From Squalus acanthias (lineage: Eukaryota): DNA of 64,000 nucleotides. Under the pieces are notes generated by a model. That model was not told the DNA's origin, searched no databases, and saw nothing but the letters and a program-made list of their open reading frames with translations. A program made the position numbers and the translations under genes. The stretch is from assembly GCA_030390025.1 (NCBI GenBank), contig CM059431.1, positions 105,588,001-105,652,000 on the forward strand, in the 5' to 3' direction. Positions 49,971 to 63,645 of this stretch are shown piece after piece. The number at the start of each line of letters is the position of its first letter. Within the stretch, counting starts at the first letter, position 1.

Positions 49971-50276
49971 TAAATTAGTTCAGTTAATTAAATATATCTG
50001 GAATAAAAGCTAGTATCAGTAATGGTGACCATGAAACTACCGGATTGTTGTAAAAACCCATCTGGTTCACTAATGTCCTTCAGGGAAGGAAATCTGCCAT
50101 CCTAACCTGGTTTAGCCTAAGTGACTCCAGCCCCAGCAATGTGGTTGACTCTTAACAGCCCTCTGACATGGCCTAGCAAGCCACTCAGTTAAGGGCAATT
50201 AAGGGCGACGCTCACATCCCGTTAAAAAAAAGGTACAAGTCCGTCCTTGTGTTTATAGCACACACGGCCTGATGTA

Positions 50277-51175
50277 GATTCTGTGAGGAGGATGCAGAGA
50301 AACTCCAGGATGATTTGGACAGGTTGGGTGATTGGGCAGAAGCATGGCAGATGCAGTACAATGTGGATAAATGCGAGGTTATCCACTTTGGTGGCAAAAA
50401 CAGGAAGGCAGATTATTATCTGAACGGCAATAGATTGGGAAAAGGGGAAGTGCAACGAGATCTGGGAGTCCTTGTGCACCAGTCGCTGAAGGTAAGCATG
50501 CAGGTGCAGCAGGCGGTTAAGAAGGCAAATGGTATGTTGGCCTTCATAACGAGAGGATTCGAGTACAGGAGCAAGGATGTCTTGCTGCAGTTGTACAGGG
50601 CCTTGGTGAGATCACACCTTGAGTATTGTGTGCAGTTTTGGTCGCCTTAACTGAGGAAGGATGTTCTTGTCATGGAGGGAGTGCAACGAAGATTTACCAG
50701 ACTGATACCTGGGATGGCAGGAATGACGTATGAAGAGAGATTGGGTCAATTAGGCTTATATTCGCTAGAGTTTAGAAGAATGAGAGGGGATCTCATTGAA
50801 ACTTATAAAATTCTAACAGGACAGGACAGACTAGATGCAGGAAGCATGTTTCCGATGGCGGGGGAGTCCAGAACCAGAGGTCACAGTCTAAGGATAAGGG
50901 GTAAGCCATTTAGGACTGAGATGAGGAGGAATATCTTCACCCAGAGAGTGGTGAACCTGTGGAATTCTCTACCACAGAAGGCAGTTGAGGCCAATTCATT
51001 AAATATATTCAAGAAGGAGATAGATATATTTCTTAAGGCTAAAGGGATCAAGGGATATGGAGAGAAAGCAGGGACAGGGTACTGAATTTGGATGATCAGT
51101 CATGATCTCATTAAATGGCGAACAGGCTCGAGGGGCCGAATGGCCTACTCCTGCTCCTATCTTCTATGCTTCTAT
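50277..51175 (+). mobile_element. CR1 3' fragment (~0.9 kb), same subfamily as the long copy
   Basis: Nearly identical to about 62850-63735. Confidence 0.92.
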
Positions 51176-52399
51176 TCGGCCAAACTACTCTATGCCGGAG
51201 TTTATACTCTGTACTAGCCTCCTCCCACTCTAATTACCCCTTCCCATCCTGCCCCGATATCCCTTTCTCCCTCATGTATACAAGGACATTTTCTTAAAAG
51301 CCTCTACAGGAGGTAATTATTGATCTGCTTCTCTGGAGACAGAACAGTTTCAACAGAAAATGGCTTCTGCAAACAGCACTTGGCATTCAATCCACTATTC
51401 TGATATTCACTGAGGTTACTTAGGTACAACGTTGTCTCAGAATCCACCCTTAGCCCCCTCACATAGGCCAGCGATGACATTTCCACAGGCATGCACGGAC
51501 CTTTGACCCAACATGAGAGAAGGGCCACAGGCAGAATAACAACACGCTGTCGGCAACTTTGCAGTGTCGTCACGTGTACAAGATTGCACAGATCTTCCAG
51601 TGTTGTTTCACATGCTTGGAGAATAAACAGGCAAATTCAATACTGAAGAAACTGGCTTGTGTTACTTGCTGTAAAAGCATGCACTAGTGGCAAGGTGGTG
51701 GCATACACATGTGCAACAGCATTGCTTACAGTACAAAAGAACATACATGTTCACAAAGCAAAATCCTTTCCTACTGAAGTAAACAGAGGCAACACACATA
51801 CCGTAGATGCATGTATGGCAGCAAAACTGACTGCAGGATAATTGTATTGGGCAGTGTGTAATTATTTCTGTTTGAATGCCGTTCAGTTGTGAGATATTTT
51901 CATCAGCACAGCAGGGGTGAACTCCAGTTTGCAACTGGACATTAGTGAATGGCATATGATGAACTCTTGGAGTTCCAGCCAAAGAAATTGGGGTAGAAAT
52001 TGGTATGCTTTGGGCAGAAAATGGGCGCAAGGCACACCAATTTGGCAGTGGGACGGCCTGCACCCAAATCTGTGCAGGCGTTGGTCGACTGCTACATTTG
52101 CGAGGCCCATTTTTTTGGCGTCCTGAACGGATGCCTCAAACTGGCGTTAGGCCCGTTTAATGAGGGGGGGGGGGGGTCTTGCGCCTGTTTTAGGACCCAC
52201 TTCCAGAAATTGGGCTGGCGGCCCATTATGTTCAGGACGACCAGGTCTATCTGTGGTCTAACCACCCGTCCTTCAAGGGCACTGCAGTAAGGCCGCCGAC
52301 AAAAAAGGTAAGTTCCTTAAAAAAAATTCTTAACCTGAACATAGAGCCGGGCGGAGCTCCTTCGGGTCCACTGCAGCAGAGGGACCCTGGTTCCAAATG

Positions 52400-53185
52400 A
52401 TTCGAGGTTGACCCATATTGGGGACAGTGATTTAACTTTATTCAGCACAAGCAAGACTTAATACATTACAATATTCGAGCAGCAGTTACAGAGAATAATT
52501 GAGACTTGTATTACCACTCATACTCTGGGTAGAAGCCGCAACCGCGAGTAAGTTGCACCCTGTGTCGCTTGTCTCTCATCTCTCCTCGTCTCCCGGGTAT
52601 CCCCTTGATTCTTCCTGAAATCTTTGTGGCTGTTAAGACCTCCTTCTTATACCCTTACACTCATTCAAAACCAATGGCGTCCTCCTGAACCAATCAATGG
52701 TTGACTCCCAAAGACCAAAATCCAATCCTAAAGATGCAACGTCCGCAGCAACTTGGCTTACGCAGGCTTTTGGTCCGATGACACCCTTACATCATCTGTT
52801 TTTGACCATCAGGTCTCACATCTGGGGTGGTTACAGCAACACAAAAGCAACACGTCTCCATTGTCTCCTTGCTGTTCGCTACGAAAGGCCTATGTTTTTA
52901 ATTCACCAGATATCATAACATTCCAACACAGTGGAAGCTACACCTGACCTTGCTTCCCAGGCTAGCTGAATCTATTCGGCCGTGGCGGTCTTCTTTCTCA
53001 CCCCCAGGCTGTCTGGGTTACAGCTTTTTCACAGACTTTTAATTAAAAGCAAAAAGGGTTACATGTCATATATAATTCAGGTTATCATTGCATACAATTA
53101 ACGATTACAAACTTCTACATTAATTCTTACACACAATTATAAACCCATTACTGATGATTATAAGATACTGATGATTAAAATATAT
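52400..53185 (-). mobile_element. Possible solo LTR (continues at 55201-55247)
   Basis: Minus-strand AATAAA at about 52437-52442, TATAA at about 52646-52650, several CCAAT boxes, cttaca end at 55247; TSD not resolved. Confidence 0.35.
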
Positions 53186-53186
53186 T

Positions 53187-55200
53187 GGGCCGTATTTTGC
53201 GATCCCTACGGGTGCATATGAGGTGTATATAAGATCCTGAGAGGTCTTGACAGGGTGGATGTGGAGAGGATGTTTCCTCTTGAGAGAATCTAGAACTAGA
53301 GGTCACTGTTTAAAAATAAGGGGTCGCCCATTTAAGACAGAGATGAGGAGACATTTTTTCACAGAGGGTCGTGAGTCTTTGGAACTCTCTTCCTCAGAGG
53401 GCGGTGGAAGCAGAGTCTTTGAATATTTTTAAGGCAGAGGTAGATAGATTCTTGATAAACAAGGGGGCGAAAGGTTATCGGGGGGGGTAGGCGGGAAATG
53501 TGGAGTAATCAGATCAGCCATGATCTTATTGAATGGCGGAGCAGGCACGAGGGGCCGAGTGGCCTACTCCTGCTCCTAATTTGTATGTTCGTATGTATGT
53601 ATGTTCATGTACACAACCGTAGAGGCCGCACAGGTTCCGTGTTTAGGCATGCGAAACGCATGCGCTGAAACCCGGCACTTGCGACAGATCCTCCGCCTGC
53701 CCCGGAGACGGGCCTCTGCGGGTGGAGAGTTCCCCTATTTGCACAACTTCCGCCCATTGAATGCCTGTCAAATTCTTACGCCTGATAAAAGCAGGCGTAA
53801 GGCCTGCTTTCACCAGCATAAGAGTTTTTTAAAATAGAAAAATAACATTTTATTACTTATTTATAAATTAAAAATACTCTTCAAAAAAGGTAAGTTTATT
53901 TTTAGCCCCGTAAAAATATTTAGGGGGAGGAATTCGGTATCGCCCCGTTTGGGGCGCAATTATCGGCCGGGCGCAAAGTTTAGCGCCTGGCACTAATTAT
54001 CGCCTCCGACTGCAAACTAGGCCTCTATCGCCCCTGGAGGTGATTGGAGCGCTAAATCAGGCGCTTCACACCTGTTTTAAGGCGCAAAGGCCGAGGAGCG
54101 AGGCGCTACCTCAGAGCGCTGGCGAAGCTCATGTGATGTCAGTCAGCAATGGAACACAGACACAATGGCGCCGGCCAGTTCTTAAAGGGGAGGGTTGATG
54201 TTGCTCTCCAGCCACACCCTACTCATTGCAGCCTTGAATCTCTGCCTGGAGAGACCTGTACATCAATTCAGCTGGAAAGAACAATGGAGGCGCCCAGGGA
54301 AAGAGCTCAGAGTGCAACCCCCATAGTCTCTTCTAAATCGATGCAAGGAAGGTCAAATCAAAATGAACCTGCAAAGTGCTGCTCAGTACCCAAAACTCCT
54401 TCACACAGCGTTGAATCTCTCCAGAAGTCTCTCTCTCTCAGAATGCGTGGTGCAAAAATGTCGCTGACAAAAAATGCAGGAAGCGGCCGCCTTGAAATAG
54501 CGCTCCCCCAGTCTCTTTCCAACTACAAAACGTTCCCCTCTACTGGTCGTTGCTAGCGGCAGGCAGAAAGGCAGGGGGCGCCACTCAATATCCGGTCCGG
54601 GGCGCTACTGGGGCGTTGCACGCTCGACTGATGTCACGATTTGCGGGCGCAGGAGATCGTGGCGGTAGTGTTTAGCGCTGCCGCAAAATGTCTGGTCAAT
54701 TTCACGAGCGGCGCAAACATCGCCACGCCCAGGCGTTAGTTGCTTTGAGCCCCGTTAGCACCCTCTTAGGGCACTAACGGGAGGTGTTAATCAACCGAAA
54801 TTTTCCCCCTTCATTTTTTTTTTCCAAAAATTACATTTTTGTTTAAAATATTTAATTAATTTTAAATATGCAATGTTTTTTAAAAAAAAAATGTTTTAAT
54901 GCGTTGTTATATTTTTTTTTAAGTGATTCCCCATTCATACTTATGACAGTTCCGTATGTACAGAACTGTCAAAAGTATGAATGGGGATTCCCCTCTTTTA
55001 TTGGTTGGGCCGGCCCACGTGATCCCAGGAGTGTCTACGAACCGCTTGCGCCCCTGGGATACGTGGGGCTCTGCCCGCGCGGACCCGGCGAGACCCAGGA
55101 TCGCAAGCCTCCGTATCTCCCGGGAGACCAGGTACTTCCATGGACATTTTGCAGGTCGGAGGCGTCCGCCCGCGAAACCTCCGATCGCAAATGTTGGCCC
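53187..55200. mobile_element. MITE containing a CR1 fragment (53220-53605) and another MITE
   Basis: TIRs gggccgtattttgcgatc / gatcgcaaatgttggccc. Confidence 0.65.
53923..54809 (+). mobile_element. GC-rich ~890-bp MITE
   Basis: Reverse complement homologue of 44406-45298; TIRs gggggaggaattcggt / accgaaattttccccc. Confidence 0.8.
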
Positions 55201-58200
55201 GATAAAACAAATAATCTAAAAATCAAATAATCCATGATAATCTTACAGCGAGGACCATTGGCGGCTCCCGCTCGGGCCCCCTTCCAATTGCCTCTTGCCC
55301 TCACCTCCCCCCACCCCCTCCCTCCCCCTCCCCCCCCACCAATGGATCTACCCGAGGGCCGGGCCCGAAATTGATGCCCGCTTTGTTGGCCAGCTGCTTG
55401 GTGATGAGCAGCAGGCTTTCACAGCTCGTCGTCTAATGTAAATAAGGTCTGAGGTGCAATTTCAACTAGGCCATGAGCGTACCTGTTCTGGCTCCGGGAT
55501 CCTCCCCTGTGACTAGTTCGGGCTGGCCGGCCAGTGCTATCCAATTTCTACCCCAATAAGTTCACAGCTACCAGTGAAGCAGTAATCCAGAGACCTGGAC
55601 TAATGATCCGGAGACATGATTTCAAATCCCACAACGACAGCTGGGGAATTTAAATTCAGTTAATTAAATAAAACTGGAATAAAAAGCTAGTGTCAGTAAT
55701 GGTGACCTTGAAACTACCGGATTGTCATAAAAACCCGTCTGGTTCACTAATGTCCGTTAGGGAAGGAAATCTGCCGTCCTTACCTGGTCTGGCCTATATG
55801 TGACTCCAGACCCACAGCAATGTGGTGGACTCTTAACTGCCCCTCTGAAATGGCCTAATTCATCAAATGTAAAATCAGAACTTTGTTTATTAAGACTGAC
55901 TTCCCAATTTAATTAATTATTCGCCTAATTGGTGACTTATTTCTTGTGCGGTGATGTTCAATGGCTGTGAGTGATTCACAGAAACTGAAGCTGAATGAGC
56001 AATAATAATGCCCTCGCCCAAAAAACTTCACTGAACGCTAACAGGGCACAAATGACATGAACTATGGCCTCTAACCAAAGATCTTCAGTCTCATTTAAAC
56101 TGTGTGCACTCTAATTCAGATCCAGGCTCAGTAACACCTAGTCCAACCTCCACCGAGGTCACCATCACTAGCTAACTAAGCATTTACTAAAATCGAAATG
56201 GAAAAATTATTTAGGTCAATCATAATTCTTTGCTATTTTTCCTTTCTCAAAAGGGGTCATGAGGGCGACACTTGGATTCTTTAAAATACAGATGTACAAA
56301 TGTTGTGGGCTATTATCTTGTCATCACAGTAGAACAGTAATAACTAATTCAAAGAGAATGGTATCTATAACACTAGTAGCTTTATGGCAGATAATTAACT
56401 AGCGCTGCATTATCACCTTAGCAACAAGGGAAAGCTATTGTGAGATAATTGACTCTACATAAAAGGAACAATCGATTATGACAAAACTTATATAAAAAAA
56501 CATTTTTATCTCCATGTTACATTATGGGCAAAATAAAACAGAAGACTGTGAATTTTGGGTCGGTAGCAACGCACAATCTATCTCCCTTATCTCAGCAAAT
56601 GTTCTATATGAAGTCTGCAAGTTTCAGATTAATAGGATTTATCCGAGTCCCTTTTATGTTAGTATATAGGGAAGAACAAGGAACAGAGAACGCTACATTG
56701 CCTTTTAAGAAGAAGAAAAGATTAGGCCATCAAACCTTTAACTTCTACAAATATCTCACCACACCCCTCAATCCATTCCTCCCCCCCTCAAAAAAAAATC
56801 TAACTGTCTCTTGAACTTATTTAAACTTTTTACTTCAAAAGGTCTTCCAAGGTAACTTACTTATTTCTTTGTTCTCTGCCCTTAAATAATAAAACCCAGA
56901 AGGTTATTTGCCAAACTGCAACTAAGTATTGTGCTGAGGGCTTCATGGATTTATCTGCTATAACCCTAGGATCTCTTGCCTAATCAGCACATTGTGTCAA
57001 TGTTCGATTTAACACATAGGGGTTGAATTTCCACTGGGATTCTCCCAATTGTCCGCCATAACTTCGGGGGAAAATCTGAGAAAACCCTGGCGAAATGGCA
57101 CCTTTTCTCCAGGGCTTCCACAGATCTTCGCCTGAAGTTACTGCAGGTGAGCCGAAGAACCCAATAGTTTTGGTTCTTTGTTCTCTTATTAATTCTTGTC
57201 CACTTACCTACATTGAATTGCATCTGACACCTATCAACACAGTTACCTGAAAGTCTTTCTGAATTTGATTGCAATGTTCCTCATTAGTATCATCTGCAAT
57301 TGTGGAAAATGTTCTTATGATACCTCCATTCAAGTAATTAATTTGTATTAAATATAGCAAGGAGTACCTGGGATACCCACCTTGTGCCAATTTCCAGCAT
57401 GGCTGGAAGGTTTCCACTAATCTTCTGTGTTCCTGTGAACCAATTTCCTATTCCACAACTCCTTACCTCATCCAAGTTAAAAATCCTAATATATTGAGGA
57501 TGAATTTCGAGAGAGGTTCCCCAGCTCGCCTGCAGTAACTGTGTCAGAAGAAACTTTGGAAAAATGGCGTAAATTGGGTTTCTGCAACACTTCCACCAAA
57601 GTCACGGTGAACAAGCAGGAGAACCTCTATGGAAATTAAACCTCAACTGGATCAACCTTGTTCACATTAGTGATGTCTTTATTAAAAAAAATGCCTTCAG
57701 GTTAGTTCAACATGACCTCCCTTTCTGTGAAACATGTCCACTCTTGATTAACAAATTATGCTTTTCAATTGTTCATCCATTGGGTCTTGCAAAATGCTTC
57801 AAAGGCACACATCTGGAGTTTCCTTTTTTAACTAATGAAGTTGTCAGCCATGTTCCAATTGAGGAATCTCTACTAAATTTAGAAAATTTACAAAAATATT
57901 TGACTAATTTCAGTCCCCATCACTTTTCAGACTCACGATTCACTGAATGTTGTTGTTTTTTTTTGAAAGTGAAGCTAAGCCCATTTATAACCATACATAT
58001 CCATCCTTACTTGCTTGTTGCTTATTCCTCTGCCATTCTTAAAAATTCGATATCAGACTTGGGTAAATTTCTCTTTTTCAGAGTAGAAATGCGAGTTACT
58101 TTATTTTATAACTCTTAAGTTTCTTTCTTCCTGAATGCCAGTTTCCCATCATCATTTTAAGACCATCACTTTCTTTCATCCTTTGTTTATTGTGTAGATA

Positions 58201-58493
58201 CTTGAAAATGCCTTTATTATCACTTGAGATTTTCTCAGCAACGTTAAATTAAATGTTCTCTGGACTCCTTCGGCTTGCTTGTGCAAGTCACCTAATCCTC
58301 TTGTCTACTGGATGCCTTGTACTTCGACATGAAAGTCTTCAGATTATCCCCAATACCTTTTACATGTCTACGTAATCGCATTGGACACTATCGCCCTTTG
58401 ATTTGCTTGAGTTTGTCCACAATGAATTCCACTGGAACATAACCAAAATTTCCTTGATATTTCCCATTTTTCTGTATAGTTCTTCCAAACAAT

Positions 58494-59065
58494 GGCCCAG
58501 AAATTCCGTTCGCAGCCCTCCCGCGGGCGGAGGGCTGCGATTTGGAAAAATCTGCGCCAGGACTGGAGGGCTCCTGGGAGGCGCAGAATTCCATTGCTGT
58601 GCCTCTTCAAATTGCCGGTGTGCAGGGCACGCGTATCCCAGAGGCGCAGCTAGCTTGCAGCATCCCTGGGATCACGTGGGCCATGGGGAGCCAATCCGAG
58701 CAGGGCATCTCCCTTCATAGATTTGACAGGAAGACCTGTCAAATATATGACTAGAGATCACCTCCAAAACATAGTAAAACTTCAAATAATTTTTTTTTTT
58801 TTTAAATCACTTTTTTAAAATGACTATAAATTACATAATTACTATTTTAACAAAAATTTAAATTTTTGAAAAAAATTATTAAAGTTTTTAACGGGGCTAA
58901 AAAAAAAACTTATGTTTCTTTAAAGTATTTTAAAATGATAAATAAGTGGAAAATTTTTTCTTTTTTTTACTTTCAACTATTCTTCCGCGGGGAAGCAGGG
59001 AACGGAGTGAAATTGTTCTTCCCGGAACATAGAACTGGACCGGAATTAAGCCCAATGTTGGCCCA
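58494..59065. mobile_element. MITE, GC-rich ends and AT-rich centre
   Basis: ggcccagaaattccgt start; architecture like 53187-55200. Confidence 0.5.
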
Positions 59066-59730
59066 TTAACAGGGTCAATTTGGGAGGTGGACGTAGTGAA
59101 GGGTAACAGTTAATGTTGTTCTGTTGTCAGAGCCGGAGGCTCCCATTAAAAGAGCTGTTCACTGATCATTAGAACCACCCACAGCCATTATAAAGGTGGC
59201 TGTAGAGGTCCCGGAGGGATTTAAACACAACGGGGCAGAAATTCCGTTCCGTACGGGTGTGTACACCGGTGTCGGGAGTGGAGAGTGTGACGGTACAGTA
59301 AGTATTTAAACTCACTTGCGCGGGCTTTTTTTTTTTTGCAGAGGCCGGTGTCGGGAGTGGAGAGAGCGACAGTACAGTGAGTATTTACACTCACTTTCGC
59401 TGGCTTTTTTTTCCAGAGGCTTACCAATCTCGCAGACCGGCGGCGGCGTTGCAGAGCCATGTCACGATTCAAAAAGTGACGCGGGCAAGAGGAAGCAGCT
59501 GATTGGGTGAGTACGGCCAGGTGAGTATTTACACTACTCTATAGTTTGACAGTTAAGGTTAATAGTTTATAAAGTTTAGAAGGTCTTAATTTTGTGGTTA
59601 TAGTTTCGAAGGTCTCAGTTGTGTAGCGGGGAGTGCGAGAAAACAAGGGCCCTTGACTATCATTTAATTGTAGTGTAATTTGTGGTATTGATTTGATTTA
59701 ATTTAATTTAAATTAATTAAAGGGTAAGTC

Positions 59731-60667
59731 ATGGCAGCACAGCTCAGCCCAGTGGCAAGCATCTCCTGCACTATGTAGGAAATCAGGGACACTTCCTGTG
59801 TCCCTGATGACCATGTGTGCGGGAAGTGTATCCAGCTGCAGCTACTGGCAGCTGGAGCTGCGAATGGATACATACTGGAGCATTTGCGATGCTGAGGACG
59901 TCGTGGATATCACGTTTAATGAGTTGGTCACACCGCAGGTAAAGGCTGCACAGGCAGGAAGGGAATGGGTGACCGCCAGGCAGAGTAGTAGGCGCAGGCA
60001 GGTAGTGCAGGGGTCCCCTGTGGCCATCCCCCGCTCAAACAGATATACTGCTTTGGATATTGTTGAGAAGGATGGCTTATCGGGGGAAGGCAGCAGCAAC
60101 CAACTTCCTGGCACCATGGGTGGTTCTGCTGCACAGGACGGGAGGAAAAAGAGCGGGAGAGCTATAGTGATAGGGGATTCTATTGTAAGGGGAATAGATA
60201 GGCGTTTCTGCGGCCGCAAACGAGACTCCAGGATGGTATGTTGCCTCCCTAGTGCAAGGGTCAAGGATGTGTCGGAGCGGCTGCAGGGCATTCTGGAGGG
60301 GGAGGGTGAACAGCCAGTTGTCGTGGTGCATATAGGTACCAACGATAGAGGTGAAAAATGGGATGAGGTCCTAAAAGCTGAATATAGGGAGTTAGGAGGT
60401 AAATTAAAAAATAGGACCTCAAAGGTAGTAATCTCAGGATTGCTACCAGTGCCACGTGCTAGTCAGAGTAGAAATAGAAGGATATTTCAGATGAATACGA
60501 GGCTAGAAGAATGGTGCAAGGGGGAGGGATTCAAATTCCTGGGACAGTGGAACCGGTTCTGGGGGAGGTGGGACCAGTACAAACTGGACGGTTTGCACCT
60601 GGGCAGGACCGGGACCGATGTCCTAGGGGGAGTGTTTGCTAGTGCTGTTGGGGAGGGTTTAAACTAA
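59731..60667 (+). pseudogene. CR1 ORF1 (Cys-rich N-terminus plus SGNH esterase domain), with stop and frameshift
   Basis: SCTM*..DHVCGKC, then AIVIGDSIVR, VVVHIGTND, DGLHL. Confidence 0.9.
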
Positions 60668-60668
60668 A

Positions 60669-63645
60669 ATGGCAGGGGGTTGGGAACATGTGCAGGGAGA
60701 CAGAGGAAAGGGAAGACAGGATAGAAGCAAAAGACAGGAAGGAGAAAAGCAAAAGTGGAAGTCAGAGAAATCAAGGGTGTAAATCAAACATGGCCACAGT
60801 AAACAATAATTCTAAAAGGTCTAAGAGTGTTAAAAAAAACAAGTCTGAAGGCTTTGTGTCTTAATGCGAGGAGCATTCGTAATAAGGTGAATGAATTAGC
60901 TGTGCAAATAGATGTAAACGGATATGATTTAATTGGGATTATGGAGATATGGCTCCAGGGTGACCAAGGCTGAGAATTCAACATCCAGGGGTATTCAATA
61001 TTCAGGAAGGACAGGCAAAAAGGAAAAGGAGGTGGGGTAGCATTGCTGGTTAAAGAGGAGATTAACACAATAGTAAGGAAGGATATCAGCTCTGATGATG
61101 TGGAATCTGTATGGGTAGAGCTGAGAAATACCAAGGGGCAGAAAATGTTAGTGGGAGTTGTATACAGACCCCCAAACAGTAATGCTGAGGTTGGAGATGG
61201 CATTAAATGGAAAATTAGAGATGCATGCAATAAGGGCACAGCAGTTATCATGGGTGACTTTAATCTACATATAGATTGGGCTAACCAAATTAGTAACAAT
61301 ACTGTGGAAGAGGAATTCCTAGAGTGTATACAGGATGGTTTCCTGGACCAATATGTTGAGGAACCAACTGGAGATCAGGCCATCTTAGACTGGGTATTAT
61401 GTAATGAGAAAGGATTAATTAGCAATCTTGTTGTGCGAGGCCCCTTGGGGAGGAGCGATCATAATATGATCGAATTCTTCATTAAGATGGAGAGTGAAGT
61501 AGTAGTTGACTCAGAGACTAGGGTACTGAATTTAAATAAAGGAAACTATGATGATATTAGGCGCAAGTTGGCTGGGATGGATTGGGGAATGTTACTTAAA
61601 GGGTTGATAGTGGATAGGCAAAGGCAAACATTTAAAGATCGCATGGATGAACTACAGAATTTGTTCATCCCTGTTTGGCATAAAAATAAAACAAAGAAGG
61701 TGACTCAACTGTGGCTAACAAGGCAAATTAGGGATAGCATAAGATCCAAGTAGAGGGACATATAAATTGGCCAGAAAAAGCAGCAAACCTGAGGATTGGG
61801 AGCAGTTTAGGATTCAGCAAAGGAGGACAAAGAGATTAATTAAGAGGGGGAAAATAGAGTATGCGAGTAAGCTTGCAGGGAACATAAAAACTGACTGTAA
61901 AAGCTTCTATAGATATGTGAAGAGAAGAAGATTGGTGAAGTCAAGCGTAGGTCCCTTGCAGTCAGAATCAGGGGAATTTATAATGGGGAACAAAGAAATG
62001 GCAGACCAATTAACTACATACTTTGGTTCTGTCTTCACAAAGGAGGACAAAAATGAACTCCCAGAGATGTCGGGGAACATAGGCTCTAATGAGAGTGAGG
62101 AACTGAATGAAATCAGTATTTGTAGGGAAATGCTGTTAGGGAAATTGATGGGATTGAAGACTGATAAATCCCCAGGGCCTGATAATCTACATCCTAGGGT
62201 ACTTAAGGAAGTGGCCCTAGAAATAGTAGATGCATTGCTGGTCATCTTCCAAAATTCTATAGACTCTGGAACAGTTCCCATGGATTGGAGGGTAGCTAAT
62301 GTAACCCCACTATTTAAAAAAGGTGGTAGAGAGAAAACAGGGAATTATAGACCGGTAAGCCGGACATCAGTAGTGGGGAAAATACTAGGGTCCATTATAA
62401 AAGATGTAATTGCAGAGCACTTGGAAAACAGTGACAGGATCGGACAAAGTCAACATGGATTTACAAAAGGTAAATCATGCTTGACTAATCTACTGGAATT
62501 TTTTGAGGATGTAACTGGTAGAATAGATAAGGGAGAACCAGTGGATGTGGTGTATTTGGACTTTCAGAAGGCTTTCGATAAGGTCTCGCATAAGAGATTA
62601 ACGTGCAAAGTTAAAGCACATGGGATTGTGGGTAAGGTACTGACTTGGATAGAAAACGGTTTGGCAGACAGGAAGCAAAGAGTTGGAATAAACTGGTCTT
62701 TTTCAGAGTGGCAGGCAGTGACTAGTGGGGTACCGCAGGGATCGGTGCTAGGACCCCAGTTATTCACAATATATATTAATGATCTAGATGAGGGATGTAG
62801 ATGTAATATCTCTAAGTTTGCAGATGACACAAAGCTGGGTGGGCGTGTTGCTGTGAGGAGGATGCAGAGAAACTCCAATATGATTTGGACAGGTTGGGTG
62901 ATTGGGCAGATGCATGGCAGATGCAGTATAATGTGGATAAATGCGAGGTTATCCACTTTGGTGGCAAAAACAGGAAGGCAGATTATTATCTGAACGGCAA
63001 TAGATTGGGAAAAGGGGAAGTGCAATGAGACCTGGGTGTCCTTGTGCACCAGTCGCTGAAGGTAAGCATGCAGGTGCAGCAGGCGGTTAAGAAGGCAAAT
63101 GGTATGTTGGCCTTCATAGCGAGAGGATTCGAGTACAGGAGCAAGCATGTCTTGCTGCAGTTGTACAGGGCCTTGGTGAGACCCCACCTTGACTATTGTG
63201 TGCAGTTTTGGTCGCCTTATCTGAGGAAGGATGTTCTTGCCATGGAGGGAGTGCAGCGAGGATTCACCAGACTGATACCTGAGATGGCAGGAATGACGTA
63301 TGGAGAGAGATTGGGTCGATTAGGCTAGAGTTTAGAAGAATGAGAGGGGATCTCATTGAAACTAATAAAATTCTAACAGGACTAGACAGACTTGATGCAG
63401 GAAGGCTGTTCCCGATGGCGGGGGAGTCCAGAACCAGGGGTCACAGTCTAAGGATAAGGGGTAAGCCATTTAGGACAGAGATGAGGAGGAGTTTCTTCAC
63501 CCAGAGAGTGGTGAACCTGTGGAATTCTCTACCACAGAAGGCAGTTGAGGCCAATTCATTAAATATATTCAAGAAGGAGTTAGATATATTTCTTAAGGCT
63601 AAGGGGATCAAGGGATATGGGGAGAAAGCAGGGACAGGGTACTGA
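60669..63645 (+). pseudogene. CR1 ORF2 (APE endonuclease plus reverse transcriptase), disrupted
   Basis: [50 protein letters not shown]; stops at about 60971, 61751 and 63027, and frameshifts at about 62850 and 63325. Confidence 0.95.

Larger units (their letters stand above)
51990..55554. mobile_element. Outer TIR element hosting nested insertions
   Basis: Perfect 14-bp TIR ggggtagaaattgg / ccaatttctacccc. Confidence 0.6.
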
